Of a stretch of DNA of 64,000 nt, positions 53,405-63,061 are shown one piece after another. Location: positions 98,342-162,341 of the forward strand of contig CAWFRW010000009.1 of the NCBI GenBank assembly GCA_963818295.1, written 5' to 3'. A program made the position numbers and the translations under genes. Under the pieces are notes generated by a model. It made no database searches. It was not told where the DNA came from and saw only the letters and a program-made list of their open reading frames with translations. The first letter of the stretch is position 1, and each line of letters begins with the position of its first letter. The stretch comes from an uncultured Bacteroidales bacterium. GTDB lineage: Bacteria > Bacteroidota > Bacteroidia > Bacteroidales > VadinHA17.

Positions 53405-55798
53405 ATGATATTCAATTATTTTAAAACTTCCCTGAGGAGCATGCTCCGGAATAAAATAGTTACAGTAATCAATATTACGGGTCTCAGCATTGGATTGACA
53501 GTTTGCATGTTAATCTTATTATTTACAAAAGACGAACTGAGTTTCGACCGGTTTCATGCTAAAAAAGATCTGATATATCGTGTAACAGCAAGGATGACCA
53601 ATGAAGAATCTACCCGTCTTATTGGTCTTACAAACCAGATAGTAGGACCTTCATTCAAGGAGGAAATACCTGATGTTGAAGCCTTCATACGGTTGCAATC
53701 AAATCCATTCATAATACGTCATGAAGGGGAGGTAACTGAGCTTGAAGCCACGTTTGCAGATGAAAATTTTTTCTCAGTATTCTCTTTTCCGCTCATCTCC
53801 GGCAATCCGGAAAAAGTGTTGTCTGATATCCATTCTATGGTTTTATCAGAAAAAACTGCATTAAAATATTTTGGTACTACCGATATAGTTGGAAAGACGC
53901 TTGAAATGAAGATAAATGAAACATTCGAGCCCTTCGTGATAACAGGAGTTGCCAAAAATCCTCCACAGAATTCAACAATTCAGTTCAATATACTCCTTCC
54001 TTTCAAATATAATCTGAAGCTGTATACAGATAATGCCTGGATAGGTTTTTATATGGCTACATTTATTGTGTTGAATCCCAATTCCGATTTCAATTCGGTA
54101 GAACAGAAGCTTGACAATGTATTTTTAAGCAAAGCTGCTGTTGAATTGGCAGAGATGAAGGCAAAATATAATTTCAGGGATAAGATCCATTTTGGTCTTG
54201 AGCCTCTGCTGAAAATTCATCTTGATTCAATAGATTCTGAAGGTCATAATAGCGTTGCAGGAAGCAGTGATCCGATTTACTCCTATATTCTGAGCGCAAT
54301 TGCCCTGTTTATACTTACCATAGCCTGTATTAATTTTATCAATCTGATGGTAAGCCATTCATTAAAAAGAGGCAAGGAGATTGGCTTGAGGAAAGCCAGT
54401 GGCGGAAACCGTTCACAAATTATGTGGCAGTTCTTTGGTGAATCTCTTATTCTGTGCTTTATAGCATTCGCTGTTGCGATTATGATAGTTCCAACTGTAT
54501 TGCCATTCTTTAACGAGATGGCGAATAAGAATTTAAGCTTTTCGTATTTATTCGATTTCAAATTAATTGCAGTCTATTTAATACTCTTTCTAATAACAGG
54601 ATTAACTGCCGGCATTTATCCGGCAATAATTTTGTCAGGCTTCAATCCAATAGACACATTGTATAACCGTCATCGCAAAACAGGGAAAAAGTGGCTGGCA
54701 AAATCTCTGGTTATTATCCAGTTTACCCTGGCTACCATATTAATAATCAGTATTGTGGGTATTTTTGCCCAGTTCAGGTTCCTGACGAATGTAGACCTGG
54801 GTTACAATGATGATGATGTGATCATTGTGCATTTAGGGAGAGGAGATCATACAGCTGTAACTGATCTGATGAAACTGGAGTTATCAAAAGAGCCTTCAAT
54901 TGAGTCAACAGCCGTAAAGGATTTCGGTAAGAATTCTACAATAGTAAAGGTAAATAACAACGAAAGGGAGATTGACATTGCAATGAACTGGATGGACGAA
55001 AACTTTCTGCCTGCCCTTCAGATACCAATTATCAGGGGCAGGAACTTTTCAAAGGATTATTCAGGCGATGCGGCTCAGGCTGTAATTATAAATGAAACGT
55101 TTGCAAGGGAAGCAGGATGGAATGAGTCATCCGGCATAGATCCGATCGGCCAGATTATTGACTATTATGACGGTGTGAAATTCAGAGTTGTCGGCATGGT
55201 TAAGGATTATCATTATGCTTCGCTGAAAGAAAAAATAGGCCCTCTGGTGATTAGAAAAGGATCGGGTGATCTTTGGGTAAAAACAAAGGCCGGGCAGACT
55301 GCAAAGGCATTGAAAACTATCCGGGAAACATTCCTCAGGGTAATGCCGGAACGTCCTTTCGAATATGATCTTATGAATTCTGTCAACATCAGGAATTATG
55401 AATCTGAGCTTAAGTGGAAAAAGATCATCCTTACAGGAGCACTCCTATCAATAATAATTTCATGTCTGGGGTTGTTTGGACTGGCAATATTTACTACCGG
55501 ACTGCGAACCAAGGAAATAGGTATCCGGAAGATATATAGTGCTACAATATCTGAGGTTGTAATAATGCTTAACAGAACTTTTATAAAATGGGTTGTTATT
55601 GCTTATATAATCGGCGCTCCTGCCGGCTGGTACGTAATGCACAATTGGCTCCGGAATTTTGCCTATAAAACAGAATTGGGATGGTGGATATTCGTACTGG
55701 CAGGTTTTCTGACAATTGGCATTGCGCTTGTTACCGTGAGCTGGCAGAGCCTCAGGGCAGCGACAAGGAATCCGGTAGAGGCATTACGATACGAGTAA
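53405..55798 (+). CDS. FtsX/MacB-type ABC transporter permease (fused double FtsX domains)
   Basis: Intact 797 aa ORF. It has an N-terminal TM helix plus a MacB-like periplasmic domain, then two FtsX 4-TM modules (..INFINLMVSHSLKRGKEIGLRKASGG.. and ..RTKEIGIRKIYSAT..). Confidence 0.9.
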   Translation: MIFNYFKTSLRSMLRNKIVTVINITGLSIGLTVCMLILLFTKDELSFDRFHAKKDLIYRVTARMTNEESTRLIGLTNQIVGPSFKEEIPDVEAFIRLQSNPFIIRHEGEVTELEATFADENFFSVFSFPLISGNPEKVLSDIHSMVLSEKTALKYFGTTDIVGKTLEMKINETFEPFVITGVAKNPPQNSTIQFNILLPFKYNLKLYTDNAWIGFYMATFIVLNPNSDFNSVEQKLDNVFLSKAAVELAEMKAKYNFRDKIHFGLEPLLKIHLDSIDSEGHNSVAGSSDPIYSYILSAIALFILTIACINFINLMVSHSLKRGKEIGLRKASGGNRSQIMWQFFGESLILCFIAFAVAIMIVPTVLPFFNEMANKNLSFSYLFDFKLIAVYLILFLITGLTAGIYPAIILSGFNPIDTLYNRHRKTGKKWLAKSLVIIQFTLATILIISIVGIFAQFRFLTNVDLGYNDDDVIIVHLGRGDHTAVTDLMKLELSKEPSIESTAVKDFGKNSTIVKVNNNEREIDIAMNWMDENFLPALQIPIIRGRNFSKDYSGDAAQAVIINETFAREAGWNESSGIDPIGQIIDYYDGVKFRVVGMVKDYHYASLKEKIGPLVIRKGSGDLWVKTKAGQTAKALKTIRETFLRVMPERPFEYDLMNSVNIRNYESELKWKKIILTGALLSIIISCLGLFGLAIFTTGLRTKEIGIRKIYSATISEVVIMLNRTFIKWVVIAYIIGAPAGWYVMHNWLRNFAYKTELGWWIFVLAGFLTIGIALVTVSWQSLRAATRNPVEALRYE

Positions 55799-55867
55799 TT
55801 ATTGAGTTTGAACATTAGAACAAACTTATTGTTTACATTCTTCGGGCTTAAATGGAATTAATTTATC

Positions 55868-56551
55868 GTGCATACAGAAAAGAAAGATTCAGATCCTGCT
55901 GTTTCAACAGACTTTCATAAAATCATTCAACTCCGTTTTTTAACTGAGAGAACATTTGTCCTCAGGCTTGAGCGTGGAGATATTAAGTTCAGGGCAGGCC
56001 AGCATATTATTGTTGGCTTGAAGGGAGAATTAGATCAACGTGAATATTCAGTTTATAGTGGTGAACAGGATGATTACCTCGAAATTCTTGTGAGGGAAGT
56101 CATTGATGGCAAGGTATCATTGCAACTGAAACAGAGTGCCCCGGGTCAGTTGCTGCAGGTTAACGGACCCTTTGGATCATTTGGAATTGAGTCCTTCGAT
56201 TTGTTCTCCAGGAGACTTGTATTTATTGCATCGGGAACAGGTATTTCTCCCTTTCACAGTTTTGTCAGATCATATCCCGGAATTAATTATACTCTTATTC
56301 ATGGAGTCCGTTATATTAATGAAGCATACGAAAGGAAAGATTATGATCCTTCCCGCTATATTCTTTGTACGTCAAAAGAGAGCTACGAGGGCAGAAAAGG
56401 AAGAGTTACAAGGTTTCTGACTGGTTACAGGGTTAACCCTGATATGTTATTCTATGTGTGCGGGAACAATAATATGATTTATGAGGTTTATCATATTTTA
56501 AGGGACAAGGGCGTCCCGGACGAAAATATATTGACAGAGATCTATTTCTGA
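55868..56551 (+). CDS. Ferredoxin-NADP reductase-like FAD/NAD(P)-binding oxidoreductase
   Basis: 227 aa. The FAD-binding RxYS motif is in DQREYSVYS, the NAD(P) motif is ASGTGISPF, and the C-terminus has YVCGNNNM. It has a GTG start. Confidence 0.78.
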   Translation: MHTEKKDSDPAVSTDFHKIIQLRFLTERTFVLRLERGDIKFRAGQHIIVGLKGELDQREYSVYSGEQDDYLEILVREVIDGKVSLQLKQSAPGQLLQVNGPFGSFGIESFDLFSRRLVFIASGTGISPFHSFVRSYPGINYTLIHGVRYINEAYERKDYDPSRYILCTSKESYEGRKGRVTRFLTGYRVNPDMLFYVCGNNNMIYEVYHILRDKGVPDENILTEIYF

Positions 56552-56641
56552 ATAAATGTCTGTATCGTCGCGGATTGATTTTTAAATTCACACAATAGGA
56601 GGCCCATATTTCCGAAATATGAATATTGGAGTATTTTCAAG

Positions 56642-56649
56642 TATATTTG
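56642..56649 (+). promoter_or_regulatory. Candidate -7 box (TATATTTG)
   Basis: It matches TAnnTTTG and lies 49 nt upstream of the ATG at 56698. Confidence 0.35.
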
Positions 56650-56697
56650 AAAGCATAAAATTTCAGGCACGTATAAAAAATAATAAATCAATAGAAT

Positions 56698-57339
56698 ATG
56701 AAAAGGTATCAGAAATTGCTTTTGGTTTTAAGTTTGACAGGTATAATGTTTGGCTGTGCGACTTCAACACAGTTACGGAAAAGCTGGTCAGACCCGTCAT
56801 TGGCAAACACACAGATCAAACCCTTTAGCAAGGTCTTTGTTATTGTAAAGGCGAGAAATGAGATGTACAAAAAGCCTGCAGAGGACCAGCTTGTTGAGCA
56901 GCTTAAGAATTTAAATCCTGTTCCGTCGTATTCTTATCTTACCCCTGCTGATACAGCACAAAAGGAGCTTGTGGAGAAACTTATAAAAGATGGTTTTGAC
57001 GGAATTATTATGATGCGTGTAAAAGCTGTCGTCCAGACCGAAACTAAAAATCCGGGTACATCTTACTCCACATTTTATGGTTATAGTTCACCATACGGAT
57101 ATACTTCTGGTGTATCATATGAAATTGGCAGTTATCAAAGAAATGCAACTTCCAATGTAGATGTAAATAGTCCGAAGGATTATATAATTGAAACAAACAT
57201 ATATTCGCTCGAGTCAAAAAAGCTCTTATGGTCAGGAGTTACTGCATCGATGAGTGCAAAAAAGATAGACTCTGCAATGAAAGGGATTGTCAGTACGGTA
57301 AGAAAGGAGCTGAAAAAAAAGGGATTTATTAAGGGTTGA
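56698..57339 (+). CDS. Hypothetical lipoprotein
   Basis: 213 aa with the lipobox LSLTGIMFGCATS. No confident family. Confidence 0.55.
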   Translation: MKRYQKLLLVLSLTGIMFGCATSTQLRKSWSDPSLANTQIKPFSKVFVIVKARNEMYKKPAEDQLVEQLKNLNPVPSYSYLTPADTAQKELVEKLIKDGFDGIIMMRVKAVVQTETKNPGTSYSTFYGYSSPYGYTSGVSYEIGSYQRNATSNVDVNSPKDYIIETNIYSLESKKLLWSGVTASMSAKKIDSAMKGIVSTVRKELKKKGFIKG

Positions 57340-57662
57340 TAATCATTTATTTTCTGAATAAGGATTTGGCCTTATCCAATTTTAAATAGTTCAAAACCCT
57401 CCCCAACCAGGGGTCAATATTCACATAGCAAAGGATTTGGCCAAAGTGTAGATTTGAAAATAAAGAAGGCGGCACTTACCTGAATTTGATGTGTTGGTCA
57501 AAATCTGCAATACAATCCAGAAGGAAGTAAATGGCAGTTGCCGCCTGTGATTATTGAGTATATTATTGGTGTAACACTTTCACTTTTATAAATCAAATTT
57601 AATTTATTGGACTTATAATTCATAATTTTAGTTCAACAATAATATAAATATGTAACTATAAA

Positions 57663-59933
57663 ATGACCGGTAAATCAGGTATAAGCCAGATGAAGGCTCC
57701 GACACTAAGGCTCCTTTCTGTATTGGCTATCGTTTTGCTGATGTTCGATTCCTGTAAGCAGGGGACACATGATTCAATCAATCTGGGTCTTATACGAATT
57801 GTACCGGAGAATATCTCCGTCAGGGATTCAGCAAATACCTTAATTAATCCAGGCGTATCCGGGATCAGGATAGATTATACAATTGATACAATAAGTCCGG
57901 GAATATTTAAATTAAAGATCTCAGTTACAACTGATGGATCACATCGTTTGCGTGATCTTGAGATTCCTCTGGAATTTATTCCTGGTAACGATGACCTTGA
58001 TGAAGTAAGGAGTTCTTTTCACTGGGTTCCCAATCTGAAGAAAAAATCTGAAGATATCATTGCGCAGCATGTTTTCAGGTCTCCTGCCATTATCCTTTCC
58101 GGTAAAGAATCCAGGGTAGCTGTAATACCTGACCTTGAGGCTATTAAATCGCATCCTCAAACACCTTATTATCTTGATCTGAAATTCAGTAATGACAAAA
58201 CTGTCATTTCATATGGTCTTTCCAACTATGAAACTGTTCAGCATGTTTACTACGAGCGTAAGGATTCCACCTTTCTCCTGCCTGAAAAAACGGAGCTTGG
58301 TCTCTACATTATAAATTCTGATCATTCATCAGCCCTTGAAATTCTGAAAAAAACAAATTCCTTTATGTGGAATACCTTTGCTGCTGCCTATCTCGATTCT
58401 CTGCTGCCCCAGGCTGTTCCATTCAATCATTATGCTGAAGCCGGTTATGGAATGGCACTCAGTAAATACTGGGTCAATGGTCCGAAGCCGCGAACAGGAG
58501 GAATAGCGCTTTCAACTTTTTTAGATAAGAATTCGGGAATCTATCGTGGCAGGGACTTTAAAGATGATCTTTGGTTTCATTCATGGTTCAATAATGCAAG
58601 GACTGCTTATGGGCTTTACATGTGGGGAGATGAATCAGGCAATACTCTATGGAAAAGCAAGGCTCTTGCCACGATGAACCTCCTTTTATGCAGTCCTCAG
58701 AGAAAAGGCTTTTTTCCAACAATATGGGTACCTGAAAAAAACGGTTGGGTCTCTTCAGGCCAGGGCGGCGGCCCGGATCTTTATCATGTCCCTGATAACT
58801 GCTGGACAGCCTTATGGCTTCTCCGCTTCGATGATGAGTTAACAAAACTACCTGGGACGAATAAATTCCTTATTGATTTTGCAAGGGGTTTACTTTCGAC
58901 GCAGCTTGAAAACGGAAGCTTCCCGGCCAGACTGCATATATCTGATTTGTCGCCTGATCCGGTGATGGAAAACAGCGCATCAGGTGCTATGGCTACATGG
59001 TTTCTGGAAGAAATGATACTCCGGAAAAAGCTCGATTCGGATCTTGAGGAGAAAGCACGAACAGCAGTGAAAAAATCATTATCTTTTCTTGAAAAGGAGA
59101 TTTTACCTGATCGTCTTTTCCAGGATTACGAGGTGTTTTTTTCGTGTGCCCCAAATTCAATTAGCGATTTCGACTCCCTGACGTGGCTTTATCCTCACAA
59201 CACACTCTCAATGCAATGGAGTGCAGAGGCATTTCTGAAAGGCTATGCCCTTTTTAATGAAAAGCATGATCTTGAACAGGGTGAATATTGTCTCAATCTG
59301 CTCTCATTATATCAGCAGGTATGGAGTCCACCATTTCTGGACTTTTATGCCTTTGGAGGCTTCGGGGTTCAGAACACTGATGCAGAATGGTCCGACGCAC
59401 GGCAGGCGCAGTTTGCCGAGACATATCTGAACTTCTACCTCGTAACAGGTAACAGCGAATATCTTCAGCGAAGTGTTTCAGCATGTCGTGCTTCATTTGC
59501 TTTGATGGCTATCCCGGAAAACCGGAAAATCAGTCCCCGTAATTATCAGGGGAGCACATTCAATGGTGAATTTATCGGAGCAATGGCGGAAAATTACGGG
59601 CACTCGGGTTACAATGAGCGTTCCGGGCAGTCGGGTTTTCACTGGGGAACAGGAAGCGCTCTCACCACCGCAGCGATATTCAGATACAGGCTTGGAGACA
59701 TATATCTGGATAAAGATTCTCATCTGGCAACAGGAGTTGACGGTGTGGTTGTCAGAAAAACAGAATGGGGTGATACAATAAAACTTGCTACAAGCAGGCT
59801 TCCAAATGTCAGACCCCTGAGGATTTATTGCGATCAGGATGATATTACCGGCAAGAAAGTTATGATTGACAATGACAGCATTCCTGTTATTGTTTCATCC
59901 TTCAGAAAGCCGGGGGAAAATACATTACAGTAA
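57663..59933 (+). CDS. Large hypothetical lipoprotein, possibly an (alpha/alpha)-toroid glycoside-hydrolase-like enzyme
   Basis: Intact 756 aa ORF with the lipobox LLMFDSCKQG. The C-terminal half is rich in Trp/aromatic helix-pair signatures (WFHSWFNNARTAYGLYMWG, NCWTALWLLRF, SGAMATWFLEE, GFHWGTGSALTTAAIF). The fold call is inference only. Confidence 0.5.
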   Translation: MTGKSGISQMKAPTLRLLSVLAIVLLMFDSCKQGTHDSINLGLIRIVPENISVRDSANTLINPGVSGIRIDYTIDTISPGIFKLKISVTTDGSHRLRDLEIPLEFIPGNDDLDEVRSSFHWVPNLKKKSEDIIAQHVFRSPAIILSGKESRVAVIPDLEAIKSHPQTPYYLDLKFSNDKTVISYGLSNYETVQHVYYERKDSTFLLPEKTELGLYIINSDHSSALEILKKTNSFMWNTFAAAYLDSLLPQAVPFNHYAEAGYGMALSKYWVNGPKPRTGGIALSTFLDKNSGIYRGRDFKDDLWFHSWFNNARTAYGLYMWGDESGNTLWKSKALATMNLLLCSPQRKGFFPTIWVPEKNGWVSSGQGGGPDLYHVPDNCWTALWLLRFDDELTKLPGTNKFLIDFARGLLSTQLENGSFPARLHISDLSPDPVMENSASGAMATWFLEEMILRKKLDSDLEEKARTAVKKSLSFLEKEILPDRLFQDYEVFFSCAPNSISDFDSLTWLYPHNTLSMQWSAEAFLKGYALFNEKHDLEQGEYCLNLLSLYQQVWSPPFLDFYAFGGFGVQNTDAEWSDARQAQFAETYLNFYLVTGNSEYLQRSVSACRASFALMAIPENRKISPRNYQGSTFNGEFIGAMAENYGHSGYNERSGQSGFHWGTGSALTTAAIFRYRLGDIYLDKDSHLATGVDGVVVRKTEWGDTIKLATSRLPNVRPLRIYCDQDDITGKKVMIDNDSIPVIVSSFRKPGENTLQ

Positions 59934-59941
59934 CCCCGGGA

Positions 59942-60553
59942 ATGGAAAATATTGTCAATCCAAAAGATATTCAACAACTGGCGGAAGGCCATAAAGTCTT
60001 TGCTTTCATAAGGGAAAAATACGGTGATCCGCCAGCCTGGACAAGACCGCCGGGTTTTATATCCTTATCAAAGATCATTTTGGAACAGCAAATCAGCTTA
60101 TCATCGGCAAATGCTCATTTTCTCAAACTAAACGGGTATCTGGGTGCATTTACTCCTTCAGGTATTCTAAGACTTACTGATGAGGAGATGAGGATCTGCC
60201 AGATAAGCCGTCAAAAATCGCAATATCTTCGTGCGTTATCAACTGCTATTCTGGATGGTGAATTGAATCTGGAGGACTTGTCAAACAAAGAAGAACCTGA
60301 GATACGAAAACAATTAACACGGATCAAAGGCATCGGGATCTGGACAAGCGATATATATCTAATGTTTTGCCTTCAATCAAAAGATATATTTCCAGCCGGA
60401 GATATTGCAATAATCAATACAGTGAGGGAATTGAGCCCTGCAGGTACGAAGGAAGAAATTGTGCTGCTTTCTGAAAAGTGGAAACCATTTCGTTCACTGG
60501 CAGCTTACTTCTTCTGGCATTATTATCTGAAAAAGCGCAACAGAACAGCATAA
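59942..60553 (+). CDS. HhH-GPD DNA glycosylase (3-methyladenine DNA glycosylase II / AlkA-like)
   Basis: 203 aa. The helix-hairpin-helix is LTRIKGIGIWTSDIYLMF, followed by the catalytic-Asp region FPAGDIAI. Confidence 0.8.
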   Translation: MENIVNPKDIQQLAEGHKVFAFIREKYGDPPAWTRPPGFISLSKIILEQQISLSSANAHFLKLNGYLGAFTPSGILRLTDEEMRICQISRQKSQYLRALSTAILDGELNLEDLSNKEEPEIRKQLTRIKGIGIWTSDIYLMFCLQSKDIFPAGDIAIINTVRELSPAGTKEEIVLLSEKWKPFRSLAAYFFWHYYLKKRNRTA

Positions 60554-60575
60554 TATCACTCTAAATAACCAGCTA

Positions 60576-61775
60576 ATGAATACTTTTCTGATAAAAACCA
60601 ACCTTTATAAAGGCGTTGCAATTCTTATGACATTTTTGTTTTCAGGTATCAGCGGAATCAATTCGCAATCCATTACGCCGGATCAGAATAGTGCATTACT
60701 GAAAGCCAGTCAGGGTGCTTGTGTAAATCTCGCCGGATTTCTTGGTGAAAAGCTTCCATTTATTGATTACAGGAAGATTGTCTTACCAGGACCTCAGTAC
60801 ATAATTTCAGATGATCCGGAATATATACGTGTTCCGGAAGCTGTTGCGGTGCGGGAATCAGTCAGGCCAGGTGCCGTCCGCCTGTATTTATATAATGTAA
60901 ATGGCATAAAGGAGCCCTCTGGCATTGAACGGAAAATATCTGCAGTAATAAAGAATACGGGTACTGAGGATATGCATCTGCTGATGCTCAGATATTCTTC
61001 CCAGAAACCTTCCGCAAATTATTACCAGATTGCCAAGTCGGGCCTTACTGACTATTTTAACTCGCGGCCTCAGTCAGATCCCATGGTTATAAAGCCGGGG
61101 AGAATAGTTGCGATAGATGAGCAGCTTGAAAAGAATATTGTGAAATATGATGAACTCGCTCATGGTATTTATGAATTTGTTATTGATCAGCCCGGAGAGG
61201 TGAGTGTTGTTCAGACCGATCCTGCTACATCAGGTTCTTCTGCGGCATCGCGAATCACAGGTGTGCACCCTTCAAGCAATGTCAATGCCGGCCGGGGCAT
61301 GTTTGGGATAAGCAATTACAAGGTTGTTGCAAATGATACAATCCGAACCTCGGGGCCCGCTGCATCACTTATAGTTGCAGATGGGAAAGCGGATCCATGG
61401 ATAAATGGTATTGACGGGAGCAATGGAAGGATCATTGATCTGGAGGGAAATTATGGCGTGATGTACGACATTGAATTAAAATGGGAAAGTACTGATGGAA
61501 AAGGGTTGGCCATGATTACATGGAACGCTTTGTCAGGAGGTCAGTGGTGTGGCGGCATGGCAAATGTGATGAAGGTCGGCAAAGGGAAATTTAATGAAGG
61601 GATCGTTCAAATACCCTCTGATAGGCTGATAACAACTGGATATCCGGAGGCTGTATTAATCCAGATATTTCTTCCGGATCCAAAAAACAGGATTCAGACA
61701 ATCAGGTTTACTTATACTCCTCCGGGGGCTTCCTGTCTTCCTGTGCCATTTATTTTTATCCCGGTGCAGCTGTAA
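60576..61775 (+). CDS. Secreted hypothetical protein
   Basis: Intact 399 aa ORF with a signal-anchor (VAILMTFLFSGISGINSQ) and a beta-rich sequence. No family recognised. Confidence 0.5.
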   Translation: MNTFLIKTNLYKGVAILMTFLFSGISGINSQSITPDQNSALLKASQGACVNLAGFLGEKLPFIDYRKIVLPGPQYIISDDPEYIRVPEAVAVRESVRPGAVRLYLYNVNGIKEPSGIERKISAVIKNTGTEDMHLLMLRYSSQKPSANYYQIAKSGLTDYFNSRPQSDPMVIKPGRIVAIDEQLEKNIVKYDELAHGIYEFVIDQPGEVSVVQTDPATSGSSAASRITGVHPSSNVNAGRGMFGISNYKVVANDTIRTSGPAASLIVADGKADPWINGIDGSNGRIIDLEGNYGVMYDIELKWESTDGKGLAMITWNALSGGQWCGGMANVMKVGKGKFNEGIVQIPSDRLITTGYPEAVLIQIFLPDPKNRIQTIRFTYTPPGASCLPVPFIFIPVQL

Positions 61776-63048
61776 GCTTTGCCACCTCTATCCTGTTGGT
61801 TCCTGATCTGCCAAAAGGACGCGGCATCGGTTGAGCTATCCCGTTGGCATCAATTGTACGGCATTTAATCTCGAATTCTCCAGGTGTATTGACTGTTATC
61901 AGGGCAGCCCAGTGTACAATTGTGTACGTAATGGGCCAGGTGAAGGGCTGACGGTTTTTGGGATCAATCTGCATTACATCCGGCAGTTTTCCATCCGGAA
62001 GATCGCTTCCCCATTTCGCTGGTGGCGGAAGGATGATCGCATCGTGCCATTCTTCCCTGTTGAGTTGGATCCTCTTCCGATCCAGGATTACTATTCTCCG
62101 GATGAATAAGATACTGGACTTTATTCAGGCCGCTGATACCTACCTGAGCCAGACCGGTTATTGCAAAAGGTTGACCGGTTTTTACTTTATCAGGTGTATT
62201 GAATAAATTTAGCACAGGTTTTGATTGGACTTTCGACGTCATTGTTGCCTTCGGCGTAGGTGTCATTAGCATGGTAGCTATTGGTTACTGTTATTCCCTG
62301 CACCCATTTAATTGAACGATTGGCATATAATCCGGGTACGATCAGTCGTACCGGTCCGCCATTGGCTTGTGAAAGATATTTTCCGTTCAGTTTGTAGCAT
62401 AGAATTACAGGCAGTTCGCCCGGAGCCTCCTCCAGAACCCTGCTGATGGGCAGGGAACCGTTAAAAACCTGTTTCGGGTCGCCGTTGTGGTAGCCATAGC
62501 AGAAAATCCGGCGGATGTTTTGCTTCGGTTCCGCCATCCAGAATAAATCGCGTAGAGGCACCCCTTCCCATAATCCCATGCCATATGGTCTCGGAGCATT
62601 TGTACATGAAAGCACATGCAGAAAGCGAACCGGATTTTTCTCCGCCGCCTTCATCAGTTCTTTCCCAGTCAATTGCAGTGCCTCTTTCTTTGGTCAAAGG
62701 GTTGCCCAACTCGGAATTACTTTCCGGATCCGGAATGATTTCCATTTTCCATGTTTCACGGGTGAGTCCTATGGCAGGCAGTTTTTCAGCGGGGATCTCT
62801 GTGAGTACAGGTGTACCGCGCCGCTGGACAATAAATTTGTCGGCCGGAGTCAGGTATTCCAGTTCATTTATGGCTCTGGCCAGAACCGGGTCATTGAGTC
62901 TCCTGTCCTGATCTGACCAGATTCCCGGCATACTGAGGTCGTCAATAGCCCTTTTTATAAAGGGAACACCTGCGGCCATGGCACCTATAGCCTGCAATGC
63001 TTTGCCTCTTGACATCTGACCTTTTGATACATTTTTATTTTCATCCAT
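61756..63048 (-). pseudogene. Molybdopterin-dependent oxidoreductase (sulfite-oxidase family), 3 frameshifts
   Basis: ORF 62190..62672 holds the Mo-domain core (..RFLHVLSCTNAPRPYG.., GGPVRLIVPGLYANRSIKWV). The N-terminal export-like region is in ORF 62461..63048. The Ig-like C-domain pieces are in ORFs 61964..62272 and 61756..61974. Confidence 0.8.
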
Positions 63049-63061
63049 CAGTTTTCAGTTT

